Part shown: piece by piece, positions 54,827-63,753 of the stretch | Layout: each line of letters begins with the position of its first letter | Position numbering within the stretch: the stretch's first letter is position 1 | Source of the DNA: Oligoflexales bacterium | GTDB lineage: Bacteria > Bdellovibrionota_B > Oligoflexia > Oligoflexales > JAGOVF01 | Length of the DNA: 64,000 bases | Direction of reading: 5' to 3' | NCBI GenBank assembly: GCA_018060885.1 | Contig: JAGOVF010000001.1 | Span: 2,481-66,480 of the forward strand | Notes under the pieces: model-generated | Told to the model about the DNA's origin: nothing | Seen by the model: only the letters and a program-made list of their open reading frames with translations | Databases searched by the model: none | Translations under genes and position numbers: made by a program

Positions 54827-57517
54827 GTGGCAAAGCTAAAATTTGTTCCATCATTGCTGCAGATGCGTGTAACTATCTCTCAAAGTGAGATTGATAACTC
54901 TCGCTTTGTCGAGCAGCTCTTATTAAAGACGAAAAATAAATTTAATGAATTACAACAATCGAGCTCAGTAATAAGTTTTAAACTCTTTCCAGAAAATTTT
55001 AAATCTTTAGCTAACAGAAAAAACGAAATTTTACTAAATTCCGAAAATACATATACCGTCATATGCGGCCAGGCACGCCCAGAACTTCCTGGTCTGACTT
55101 GTGAATTTAAAATGGCAAATTTACCGTCAATCTTGCTAAATTTTTCTGCTAATCAAGAACTAGCGAAAACATGGAAATGGGAATGGCTTAATCTCTTTGT
55201 AGAAGAGCAACTTCCAGATAACGCATCGAATTTGCAAATCAATCAGTCGCAAATTTTGCTCGCCCTTGTAAGCAAACAAAACTCAATCGAGCTCAATGAA
55301 TTTCATATTGAATTTCTCGAAAAAAATCGCGAAAAAAATCCACTTCGACCTTTCAAAATTTTAATACATCCACATAGCCGAGAGATAAGTCTGCAGATAT
55401 TGAACTTTGAAAAAACTTTTCAATCGTCTTTAGATGTTCTATCAAAAAGCCTTGAGCAATTTATAATTCGCTATAACTTAGAAAAAAATAGCCACTTCAC
55501 ATTTTTAAATTTCTGGTTCGATAAACAATGCCAAGCACTTTTTCGCTCGCCCAATCTTTTCAATGACGAATTTAAGCATGAAATTTTAGTCGGGTTTGAA
55601 TTTAGCAAACAAAAAATACCCGAAGATATAGCTACGCAAGAATTTCAACATGAAGATTCTTTTAATGACGACCTTACTAAAATTGAGGCTCCCGTATTAC
55701 CTGACGAACTCTCTTTCATTTTAGAAAGCAAGCATCATTTTGATGAACAAAGTCCTGAAATCTCTACTCAGCCTTCAACGCAATCTCTATCGCAACCTTC
55801 AACGGTGTCTGCATCGCAGTCGAACGCGGATATAGAATTCGCATTAGATACTTTGGATGACTCGCTCGAACCTGAAGCCATAGGAGAAGAAGTAATAGCA
55901 GTTAAGCCACAAAAAAACTCAGGATCACTTGCAGAGCAAAAATCAGCCGAGCAAAATTCTGCGGAGCAGGAACATCTAGGGCAAGACTCGCTTGAACAAG
56001 AGCCTTCTCACATTCTCACTCGAACATCTAAAACCAAACTTCTTATCGACGAAACAAGCTTCAATATTCTAGTAAGCTGCGTTCCCATCGAACTTCAAAA
56101 CAAAGACTACGAAGCTGCAGTTGGAGATTTCGACGATAGTATATATCAACAAAATTTCGATATGGATGAAACAAAATGGGTCAACTACCTTAAGACTCTT
56201 GGCATAGCCTTTGGAATTAACGAAAAGCTAGTTTCGGGAATTATATCGAATTTCAGAGCTAGAAAAAGTCTAAAAGACTTGGTGGTCGCACAAGGAATTC
56301 CTGCAACAGGAAACTCTCTGCCCTTTCTCTATCATAGCCATGCCTTTTCATATCAGCAAAAAGTTGCCGAAAACTCAAAAGTAGATCTACGAGAATTACA
56401 GCAAAGAAAAATCGTCAAAGCTGGTGAGCTCGTTGCAGAGGTGCGCTATAAAAAACTTGCTCGCAGTGGTATGACAGTTTTAGGTAAAAAAACTCCCCCA
56501 TTACCACCACAAAAATTCGTTGTCACGATAGGTGAAAATCTCATCGAAAAAGAACCAGGTTTTTACTATGCGCGTTTTGATGGTCAGCCAATTATTAAAA
56601 CTGACTACGTTTTCTTATCGACTACAATAGTCCATAATGGCGATGTCAACTTAGCGACTGGAAATATACATTTTAGTGGTGATATCGAAATTAATGGCAA
56701 TATAGAACGCGGTGCACATGTGACTGCTGGCGGCAGTATAACTGTGAATGGGAATGTTCTCAGTGGTCGAGTAAAAACTGGTAAAGATTTAATTGTCAAA
56801 GAAGGCATTATATCTGCAAAAGATGGCCCAATAAAAGTCGGTGGTAGCCTCACTGCTGGTTTTATCGAAAACTCTTCTTTGGTTGTCACTGATAAAATAA
56901 CCGTTAAGCGCAATATCTTAAACTCGATTATAACTACTGGCTCTCATGTTATTTTACAAAATGGAGATAGTGTTATCGCAGGTGGACGCTGCTTCTCCTG
57001 GGGCAGTGTCGTTTCTTACAATGTTGGTTTAAAACGAGGCTTACCGACTTGTATTAGCCTTGGAGTCAGTCCCTTAATCGAGAAAAGAATTGCAAATCTA
57101 AATTCAAGAATAGAATTGGTAGACAAACTTCAAGAAGAAATGAAGATAAAACAGACAGAAGCTCTCAAAGGCAAAGCCGGCTCTTTGAAGAAAAAAGGTG
57201 GAGCAACCGAAGAAGCCGAAGTTTGTCGAAAATATCTAATAAGAACGCGTCGAGTCATAGATAAATTAACCAAACAACGCGACCTTGCTATTGCAAGACG
57301 AGAGTATAATCACAATGCTCATTTAGTGGTGAAGAAACATCTCTATGGGAATACAAAAATCGAAGTTTGTGGGAAGTACACGCCACTAAATTCTGATATG
57401 GTAAGCGTAGCCGTGGTTTCTCGTAAAAAGCTTAGGGATAACGTCATACGACTTGAGCAATTATCTACTATAGATCTTAAGACTACTGACGAAGATGTAG
57501 AAGCTGAGGCTTCTTAA
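54827..57517 (+). CDS. Giant FapA/DUF342-family protein
   Basis: The C-terminal ~400 aa show the DUF342 beta-helix pattern (GDVNLATGNIHFSGDIEINGNIERGAHVTAGGSITVNGNV...) and a terminal coiled coil. The N-terminal ~450 aa are unique, with low-complexity repeats. The start is GTG 54827 or ATG 54863. Confidence 0.75.
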   Translation: MAKLKFVPSLLQMRVTISQSEIDNSRFVEQLLLKTKNKFNELQQSSSVISFKLFPENFKSLANRKNEILLNSENTYTVICGQARPELPGLTCEFKMANLPSILLNFSANQELAKTWKWEWLNLFVEEQLPDNASNLQINQSQILLALVSKQNSIELNEFHIEFLEKNREKNPLRPFKILIHPHSREISLQILNFEKTFQSSLDVLSKSLEQFIIRYNLEKNSHFTFLNFWFDKQCQALFRSPNLFNDEFKHEILVGFEFSKQKIPEDIATQEFQHEDSFNDDLTKIEAPVLPDELSFILESKHHFDEQSPEISTQPSTQSLSQPSTVSASQSNADIEFALDTLDDSLEPEAIGEEVIAVKPQKNSGSLAEQKSAEQNSAEQEHLGQDSLEQEPSHILTRTSKTKLLIDETSFNILVSCVPIELQNKDYEAAVGDFDDSIYQQNFDMDETKWVNYLKTLGIAFGINEKLVSGIISNFRARKSLKDLVVAQGIPATGNSLPFLYHSHAFSYQQKVAENSKVDLRELQQRKIVKAGELVAEVRYKKLARSGMTVLGKKTPPLPPQKFVVTIGENLIEKEPGFYYARFDGQPIIKTDYVFLSTTIVHNGDVNLATGNIHFSGDIEINGNIERGAHVTAGGSITVNGNVLSGRVKTGKDLIVKEGIISAKDGPIKVGGSLTAGFIENSSLVVTDKITVKRNILNSIITTGSHVILQNGDSVIAGGRCFSWGSVVSYNVGLKRGLPTCISLGVSPLIEKRIANLNSRIELVDKLQEEMKIKQTEALKGKAGSLKKKGGATEEAEVCRKYLIRTRRVIDKLTKQRDLAIARREYNHNAHLVVKKHLYGNTKIEVCGKYTPLNSDMVSVAVVSRKKLRDNVIRLEQLSTIDLKTTDEDVEAEAS

Positions 57518-57572
57518 GATTCGATTCAATGAATTTAGGTAAACACCCTAAAACTTCCAAAAATAGAGCCTG

Positions 57573-58118
57573 CTATCTCTTTACATTTCCCGCAACAGGA
57601 ACTTTCGTTTTAGCGGCTTCTTTAACTTTTTCCATCGCTTGTTTGACTTCTTCAACCTGCGCTGAGCCAGACGCAGCTTCGCGTTTTTTCACTTCTTCCA
57701 TGATATTATGGCGGGTCGTGTACTCAACAGCTGACAAGATAATCTGTTTGCCTTTGCGATTTTTTAAATTAAAAATCAATGGTGCCTTTAGATTTGCAGT
57801 CATGTTTTGTGGATTAGTCGGCATTGTGATTATAACTGAAATAACCGCATCTTCTTCCGTTTGAATTTCAAGGTCTGCGACCTCTTCTTCATTTACTTCT
57901 ACTGCGTAGTCTGGCTTAAATAATAAGGGGTTTATCAGTACAAAAGCTATGGCGCCATCATCTAAAGACTGTAACCATTTAAAAGGAGACTCTTTGTCAT
58001 GATCAAGCAAGACATACTTTCTCAGTTCTGGAAAGCCGATCAATCCAGAAGGAAGTAAAATAAGGTCTTTCTCTTGAACCTCAATTTCGCCGAATCGAGA
58101 TGTTGCAACTTTCAGCAA
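57573..58118 (-). CDS. fliW: Flagellar assembly factor FliW (CsrA antagonist) with C-terminal extension
   Basis: ..SRFGEIEVQEKDLILLPSGLIGFPELRKYVLL...PFKWLQSLDD..AFVLINP... I place the start at TTG 58116-58118 (GGAG 6 nt upstream), which gives MLKVATSRFGEI. The track's GTG start is at 58145. Confidence 0.85.
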   Translation of the reverse strand: MLKVATSRFGEIEVQEKDLILLPSGLIGFPELRKYVLLDHDKESPFKWLQSLDDGAIAFVLINPLLFKPDYAVEVNEEEVADLEIQTEEDAVISVIITMPTNPQNMTANLKAPLIFNLKNRKGKQIILSAVEYTTRHNIMEEVKKREAASGSAQVEEVKQAMEKVKEAAKTKVPVAGNVKR

Positions 58119-58287
58119 AAGACTCTCCTCTTCACAAAAACTCACTTAAAGAACTTACAGCGCACACTAAAACTTATGCCTGTTTAGGCATTACTCTCTG
58201 TTGCCGTACACTCTGTTGCCACTTTTCCCGTTGCCGTTTTGCGACTTCAGGACTTATCTTGATACAATTTACTGGTGATCTCATGCT

Positions 58288-58316
58288 ATTCTAAATAATA
58301 TTTTTTGATAAATCAA
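58288..58316 (-). promoter_or_regulatory. Sigma70-like promoter in the csrA-fliW spacer
   Basis: The minus strand reads TTGATT, a 17-nt spacer, then TAGAAT. It is followed by a leader of about 160 nt before the fliW start. Confidence 0.45.
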
Positions 58317-58339
58317 CATCTAGCTTCTAAGTTCCAAAA

Positions 58340-58624
58340 TCAGGTCTGCTTTTTTGGTTTTTTGATTACAAAAGTACCGGATTTGCCTTCTGAACGCAGA
58401 CCGCCGGCGTCGACATTTAATTTACTAAGATCAGCAGGATCCGTCATCGATGCCGCCTTATTCTCTTCATGGATACGTTGGAAAATTTCTTCTCGATGTA
58501 CAACAGTGTTTGGGCTCGCTTTTATCCCTAACCTAACTTGCTTGCCCTTGATTTGCATGACGATTACCTTAATTTCATCGCCAATTGAAATCGCCTCTCC
58601 TATTTTCCGTGTCAATACTAGCAA
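58340..58624 (-). CDS. csrA: Carbon storage regulator CsrA (flagellar-type) with C-terminal extension
   Basis: MLVLTRKIGEAISIGDEIKVIVMQIKGKQVRLGIKASPNTVVHREEIF. TTG start preceded by AGGAGG at 6 nt. 94 aa. Confidence 0.9.
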   Translation of the reverse strand: MLVLTRKIGEAISIGDEIKVIVMQIKGKQVRLGIKASPNTVVHREEIFQRIHEENKAASMTDPADLSKLNVDAGGLRSEGKSGTFVIKKPKKQT

Positions 58625-58715
58625 GCGAACCCTCCTTGGTCTGCCAGAATTCCGAGATAGCTACTCTAAAAGCAAGCCGCCTAAAAAAATTACTTCAAAT
58701 TTAAAAGTTACCTTG

Positions 58716-58744
58716 ATTCTAGACGATTTTTTCCAACAGGTAAA
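58716..58744 (-). promoter_or_regulatory. Sigma70-like promoter candidate upstream of csrA
   Basis: The minus strand reads TTTACC, a 17-nt spacer, then TAGAAT, within the 138-nt flgL-csrA gap. Confidence 0.35.
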
Positions 58745-58762
58745 CCCTCATATCAATAACAA

Positions 58763-59662
58763 TTACTGCATAAAATTTAACAAGGAAGGTTGCAAAAGTT
58801 TATTTGAAGTTAATAAAGTACTTTGCAAAACACTTTCCGACTTTTTAAAATCTGAACTACTGCGGTAGATATCTGCATCTTCGATCGTCGAACGCATTTT
58901 TTCCGTTTGTTCTTCCTCAAAAAGTAGCCTTTCGGACGCTTTTTGCAAACTACTATGCATAGCGCCAATCGTCGCTTGCGTTGAAGTGACCTTCTCTAAA
59001 TGAAAGTCCATCTCATCTATAGAATTGTGAATGGTTTCTTTATCATTAGCTTCCAAGCCGTCACGCAACACTCTTAAGCTCTCTAAAAGATTCATATGCC
59101 CGCTTGCACGCTCGTCGGCATTTGGTTCAAACAATAAACGCCCTGGAATATTAACCTGCCTAAAATCATTGCGTCCAATCGGCAGAAAAATCTGCCCATC
59201 ATCGCCAACAAACTCGCCTTCACTTGCAAAAGCCGGGGTTCGCGTGCGAAATCCAGAAAAGAGATACCTATTATTAAACGAAGCATTCCCGAGGCTCATA
59301 ATCTCATTCATTATTTCGTCTATTTCTTTTGAAACTGCATCACGGCTGCCTTGCGCATAAGTATCGTTTGCCATTCCGATCGCAAGCTCCTTAGCGCGTA
59401 TGAGCTTATCTGAAAGCGTAGTCACAGCCGCCTCTGTATTCTCCAGATAGCCTTTACCAAAATCAATATTGCGCTGAAACTGGCGCTTATTCGAAGAATC
59501 GTTTTTTAGGCTTATCACAGTACTAAAGCCTAAGGGGTCATCTTCAAGGGCATTAATTCTTTTTTGGGTGCTGATTTGACCCAATAGTTTTTCATTTTGA
59601 GTCTTTGCATTATTGACTCTATCAGCAACTACGTCATATCTTTTACTATCGGAAACTCGCAT
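58763..59662 (-). CDS. flgL: Flagellar hook-associated protein 3
   Basis: Flagellin-like N-terminus MRVSDSKRYDVVADRVNNAKTQ...INALEDDPLG and C-terminus. Located downstream of flgK. Confidence 0.85.
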   Translation of the reverse strand: MRVSDSKRYDVVADRVNNAKTQNEKLLGQISTQKRINALEDDPLGFSTVISLKNDSSNKRQFQRNIDFGKGYLENTEAAVTTLSDKLIRAKELAIGMANDTYAQGSRDAVSKEIDEIMNEIMSLGNASFNNRYLFSGFRTRTPAFASEGEFVGDDGQIFLPIGRNDFRQVNIPGRLLFEPNADERASGHMNLLESLRVLRDGLEANDKETIHNSIDEMDFHLEKVTSTQATIGAMHSSLQKASERLLFEEEQTEKMRSTIEDADIYRSSSDFKKSESVLQSTLLTSNKLLQPSLLNFMQ

Positions 59663-59680
59663 AACATAAGCCTATTTAAA

Positions 59681-61105
59681 CTAGCGTTTTAGACTCAATA
59701 CAGTTTCTAACATTTCGTCTACTGTCGTAATGAGCTTCGACGACGCTGCAAAACTAGATTGCCATTTCATTAAGTCCATCGCCTCTTCATCGAGTGACAC
59801 ACCCGAGACTGCGTCTTTGCGTGACTTAATATCAGACAGCATTATATCGTTTGCGTCTTTTAAATTACTTGTTCTAACAACTTCCAAGCCTACTTCACCA
59901 ACTATTCCAGCATAATATTCCGTTAAGTTCGCATTTCCGCCTGAAAGAATTTTGCGATCTTTCAGTCCCACGAGCTCATTTAAATTAACATTATCTCCTG
60001 GAGCATTCACCGAAACAGCCGCGGCGATGGCATCCGTACTCATACTGATCTCATCACTCAAGCTTAGTCTTTTTGCAGCTCCAGGCTCGCTTCCAACTTC
60101 ATTGAAAAAATTAACCCCATTTATCTCTTTAAAATCATTTAGTCCAAAACCCTCACGGTGAATCTTATTGAACTCACCAACGAAAGTTGTGACCATTTCA
60201 TCGTTTTTTACTCGCAATTGAGGAATAAACTGATCACGCAAATCGAGCAAACCACGTAATTGTCCCGATCCGACTTTATCTGTAATAGCACGCTTGTAGC
60301 CATTTTGATCAACAACAACCAGATCCACCAAGGCTTGATTTTCGGCCTTTGATTCTGTGGTCAGCTCTACATGATGGGCACCTTCTACAAACAACATATC
60401 GCCGACACCACGCACTGTCATCATGCCGCGTTCGTCTTCGTAGTAATTGACATCCATTATATTAGCGAGTTTGTTGACAATAGTGTCACGCTGGTCGCGC
60501 AAATCATTGGCTTCACTTTTGCGTCCGGCTTCTGCTACTTGAATCTTTACATTGAGCCCCGCAATATCCTTTACAAGGTCAGATGCTTCCGTTGCTAGAT
60601 GATTAACCGATTGATTGAGTTGCATTTGATTAGAATCTAAGTCAGCATCGATTTTCCGAAATCCATTTATTAAATCTATTGCATTCTCTCGTACAGAAGT
60701 TCTTGCTGTCACGTCATCGGGAAAAGAAGATAAATCTTGCAGAGAGTTGAAAAACTTTGTCATTTCATCAGATAGATTGGCCGTTAATTCTGGCGAAAAA
60801 ATTTGTGAGATGTTTTTAATACCTTCGAATTTTTTTTCGCTCGCCCCAGCTTCCTGCTGCGACTGATTGTATTGCTTTTCGACAAATTTATCATGAACGC
60901 GGTTAATCGAACCGACGTAGACGCCGTTTCCGATCAATATTCCACCGCGAACATCTGTCGGATCTCTTTGCGCAACGTTGACGCGCTGGCGCGAATAGCC
61001 CTCTGTGTGGGCATTGGCGATATTGTGTCCGCTCGTGTCAACCCCTTGGCGAGACGTGTATAACGACTCGGCTCCTATCCCTAGAGTATGGAATAGACCT
61101 GACAT
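59681..61105 (-). CDS. flgK: Flagellar hook-associated protein 1
   Basis: N-terminus MSGLFHTLGIGAESLYTSRQGVDTSGHNIANAHTEGYSRQ and C-terminus ..VSLDEEAMDLMKWQSSFAASSKLITTVDEML. Confidence 0.9.
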   Translation of the reverse strand: MSGLFHTLGIGAESLYTSRQGVDTSGHNIANAHTEGYSRQRVNVAQRDPTDVRGGILIGNGVYVGSINRVHDKFVEKQYNQSQQEAGASEKKFEGIKNISQIFSPELTANLSDEMTKFFNSLQDLSSFPDDVTARTSVRENAIDLINGFRKIDADLDSNQMQLNQSVNHLATEASDLVKDIAGLNVKIQVAEAGRKSEANDLRDQRDTIVNKLANIMDVNYYEDERGMMTVRGVGDMLFVEGAHHVELTTESKAENQALVDLVVVDQNGYKRAITDKVGSGQLRGLLDLRDQFIPQLRVKNDEMVTTFVGEFNKIHREGFGLNDFKEINGVNFFNEVGSEPGAAKRLSLSDEISMSTDAIAAAVSVNAPGDNVNLNELVGLKDRKILSGGNANLTEYYAGIVGEVGLEVVRTSNLKDANDIMLSDIKSRKDAVSGVSLDEEAMDLMKWQSSFAASSKLITTVDEMLETVLSLKR

Positions 61106-61110
61106 AGGGA

Positions 61111-61719
61111 TTACACCTTTACTTTAAATATAGAATTTTGCTCAGATTGTTTTTGCATACCTGCGGCATTATAAGTTGCATCTGCTTCTGCGGCAAAATC
61201 TTGCCAAAATTGATAACTTTGGCGCACATTACGCAGTCCTTTTTGAACTACAATCGCATGGACATTGTAAATATTTTGGTATTTTAGCATCGCGTCTTTA
61301 AACGCATAAATGGCACTAGCTAAATCTGTAATAACAAGCTGCATCCTAGATTCTTGTTGAACATCATGATCAACTTCGCCACCAAAAGCACGATGTTCTT
61401 GTAAAGTTTGCATAACAGCAAGAACTTCACTGACTGTAAGCGGCCCCGGAGTTTGTTGGTCAATGAGATTTTCACTTTCTAGCTGCTTTTTTATTGCCAG
61501 GATAAGCGAAAAAATCTGACCTGATTCTAATTCAATTTTTGCAGCAAGTTTTTTTTTGGGTTGCGCCAATGATTCTACCACGGCGAGATCTGAGATTCGT
61601 AGCGCTTGCTGCTCAGTTTGTAAATATGTGGCGGCCTGGCTATAGTCTTCTGTAACCCTGAGTAAACAAGCATGTAAGCGCACACAGTCCTGGCGTAGGC
61701 CTTCAAATGAATCTGACAT
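61111..61719 (-). CDS. FlgN-like flagellar export chaperone (tentative)
   Basis: 202-aa helical protein between flgM and flgK, where flgN usually sits. Sequence similarity was judged only by general pattern. Confidence 0.5.
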   Translation of the reverse strand: MSDSFEGLRQDCVRLHACLLRVTEDYSQAATYLQTEQQALRISDLAVVESLAQPKKKLAAKIELESGQIFSLILAIKKQLESENLIDQQTPGPLTVSEVLAVMQTLQEHRAFGGEVDHDVQQESRMQLVITDLASAIYAFKDAMLKYQNIYNVHAIVVQKGLRNVRQSYQFWQDFAAEADATYNAAGMQKQSEQNSIFKVKV

Positions 61720-61781
61720 TAATTTCTACCTTTATAGTATTAGGAATTCTGAGAACCAGCTTTCCTAAGTCTGCACAAAAT

Positions 61782-62153
61782 CTAGAATTTTGCTGCTAGA
61801 TCATCACGGATTGCTTCTTTTAATATGCCGTCAGCAATCTTTTCTGGGTCAACATTATAGGTACCCGCTGCTATTTTTGCCTTGAGTTCGGCAACTAAAT
61901 CCGCCCGAACTGGATCCGTGTCTCGCGCGATATTTAAAGCCATATTGCGTTCTGCGGCACGCTTACGTGCAGTCGCAGAAAGTTCTACGTTATAATTTTC
62001 GCCACTTGCCTGTTCGCGCTTTTTTACTTGAGCGGCATGATCACCTTCAGGTGTATTAATGCTTTTAGCCTGATCAGCAGCTTGCTGACGACTGATTTCA
62101 ATTGGTTTAATTTGTGTTTGATTATTAATCGTTGAAGTTGTCATAAATTGCAC
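61782..62153 (-). CDS. flgM: Anti-sigma-28 factor FlgM
   Basis: The C-terminal ..VRADLVAELKAKIAAGTYNVDPEKIADGILKEA is the typical FlgM sigma28-binding helix region. The N-terminus looks disordered. Confidence 0.8.
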   Translation of the reverse strand: MQFMTTSTINNQTQIKPIEISRQQAADQAKSINTPEGDHAAQVKKREQASGENYNVELSATARKRAAERNMALNIARDTDPVRADLVAELKAKIAAGTYNVDPEKIADGILKEAIRDDLAAKF

Positions 62154-62199
62154 CTCTTTCTACCAATTAACCATTTAACACAACTGTTTGTATTCTCAC

Positions 62200-62631
62200 C
62201 TATTCAAGCTTTGAAGGCAAGGAATGAGCTCTATATTGCTGAAGTCCCTGAGTTTTAAGATTGGACAATAAGCTTGAATTATCCTTTGTTGTCGACCCCA
62301 TGAGCTGCTTTTCTAAGACATCTGCGAGGCCGGTAATACCAGTGCTTGCCATATTTTTCGCATATTCTTGGTCTAACATGCTTTGATAGATATCTTCCGC
62401 CGAGCCACCATCGATCAGCTCGCTCTTTATCACAGTGTCACGCATGGATTTTAAGACGAGCTCTAAAAACATCGACTCGAATTCTTGGGCAGATTCACGA
62501 AACTTGGTGCGCTGCCGAGCATCCTTGGCGTCTACCTCTATGGAAGTTGGCTCTGAAGGGCTCGCTTGTTGGGTTTTATTAAGACCCAAAGCTTGGAAAT
62601 TCTTGCCAATATATTGATCAACGCGGTTCAT
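62200..62631 (-). CDS. Rod-binding protein (FlgJ N-terminal-domain-only type)
   Basis: ESAQEFESMFLELVLKSMRDT.....YQSMLDQEYAKNMA matches the rod-binding domain pattern. No muramidase domain is present. Confidence 0.75.
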   Translation of the reverse strand: MNRVDQYIGKNFQALGLNKTQQASPSEPTSIEVDAKDARQRTKFRESAQEFESMFLELVLKSMRDTVIKSELIDGGSAEDIYQSMLDQEYAKNMASTGITGLADVLEKQLMGSTTKDNSSLLSNLKTQGLQQYRAHSLPSKLE

Positions 62632-62646
62632 AAACCCTCAAAACAT

Positions 62647-63753
62647 CTATAGTAATTTAAGCTCCGCCGGCAGAGCCCCGGCAGCATGCACGGCTTGAAA
62701 AATACTCACCAAGTCCTTTGGCTGGACGCCAAGCTGCAATAGAGTCTGCACCAACTCTCCGACTGTGACCTCAGTCGACATTTTATTAGGAGCGTTTTTT
62801 CCAGCTGGCTCTATAGTTTGTGTAGGTTTTGTTTCGATTTGCGCTTGTTCCTGGCCGGAGACTTCAGCAGTAGCTTGTTCAGATACTTCTACAGCTTCGG
62901 AATCCTTTATCTTTATCGCAATTCCGCCATGAGAGATTGTAATAGGGCGAATTCTGACTTTATCTCCCATCACCAAGGTGCCAGTTTTTTCGTTCAACAC
63001 GACTATAGCCTTGCTGTCCGTGAGCACTTGAATGGCTTGGAGTTCAGAAATAAAGTCGACTAAATTATCTTGGTAGAGCAAAGGCACCGTGACGTCGACA
63101 CTATTATGGTCTAAAGCTTTGGCATAAAATCCATTAAACCCTATATTAATCGCCTCGGCTATCCTACTGGCATTGGTAAAGTCAGCCTGCTTTAGGCTTA
63201 GCGTGATTTTATTTTCTGGAGCCAAGAAGGGGCGGAACTCTTTTTCTACTGTGCCGCCTTGTGGAAGGAAAGCTACTGTCTGTACGCCAGCACTTGCTCC
63301 AATTAAAACTCCTTGGGCAAAGGCAAAAATTTCACTATTACCTGCTCGCAAAGGTGAAAGTACTAAAGTTCCTCCGACAAGACTCTTCGCATCTCCCAAA
63401 GCCGAAAGACGCACATCGATTTTATCGCCATTGCGCGCAAAGGCAGGCAACTGCGCAGTCAAGACAACAGATGCCATGTTACCGGTGCTGATTTTCTCGA
63501 TTGGAATTTGCATGCCGAAGCTATTTAATAATTTCTTCGCAGCTTCGCTAGTCGACAAAAAAGCCTTTGAATCGCCAGTTCCGGGTAGCCCTACGACAAT
63601 ACCGTAGCCGATGAGTAGATTTTCTCTGACTCCGCGAATAGAAGTTAAATCCTTTATTCTTGTTTGAGCGAATACTTGACATGGGAAAAGCAAAAAACAA
63701 AAAGCTAGAGCTAAGTGTAAGTGCCATCTATTTAGCATTTTTGGCCTCCGCAT
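62647..63753 (-). CDS. flgI: Flagellar P-ring protein
   Basis: Signal peptide ..PCQVFA, then QTRIKDLTSIRGVRENLLIGYGIVVGLPGTGDS and a conserved C-terminus. The start may be ATG 63738. Confidence 0.9.
   Translation of the reverse strand: MRRPKMLNRWHLHLALAFCFLLFPCQVFAQTRIKDLTSIRGVRENLLIGYGIVVGLPGTGDSKAFLSTSEAAKKLLNSFGMQIPIEKISTGNMASVVLTAQLPAFARNGDKIDVRLSALGDAKSLVGGTLVLSPLRAGNSEIFAFAQGVLIGASAGVQTVAFLPQGGTVEKEFRPFLAPENKITLSLKQADFTNASRIAEAINIGFNGFYAKALDHNSVDVTVPLLYQDNLVDFISELQAIQVLTDSKAIVVLNEKTGTLVMGDKVRIRPITISHGGIAIKIKDSEAVEVSEQATAEVSGQEQAQIETKPTQTIEPAGKNAPNKMSTEVTVGELVQTLLQLGVQPKDLVSIFQAVHAAGALPAELKLL

Noticed and set aside
58305-58868. 187-aa plus-strand ORF spanning csrA and the flgL 3' end
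   Set aside because: It is antisense to two canonical flagellar genes and has no RBS.
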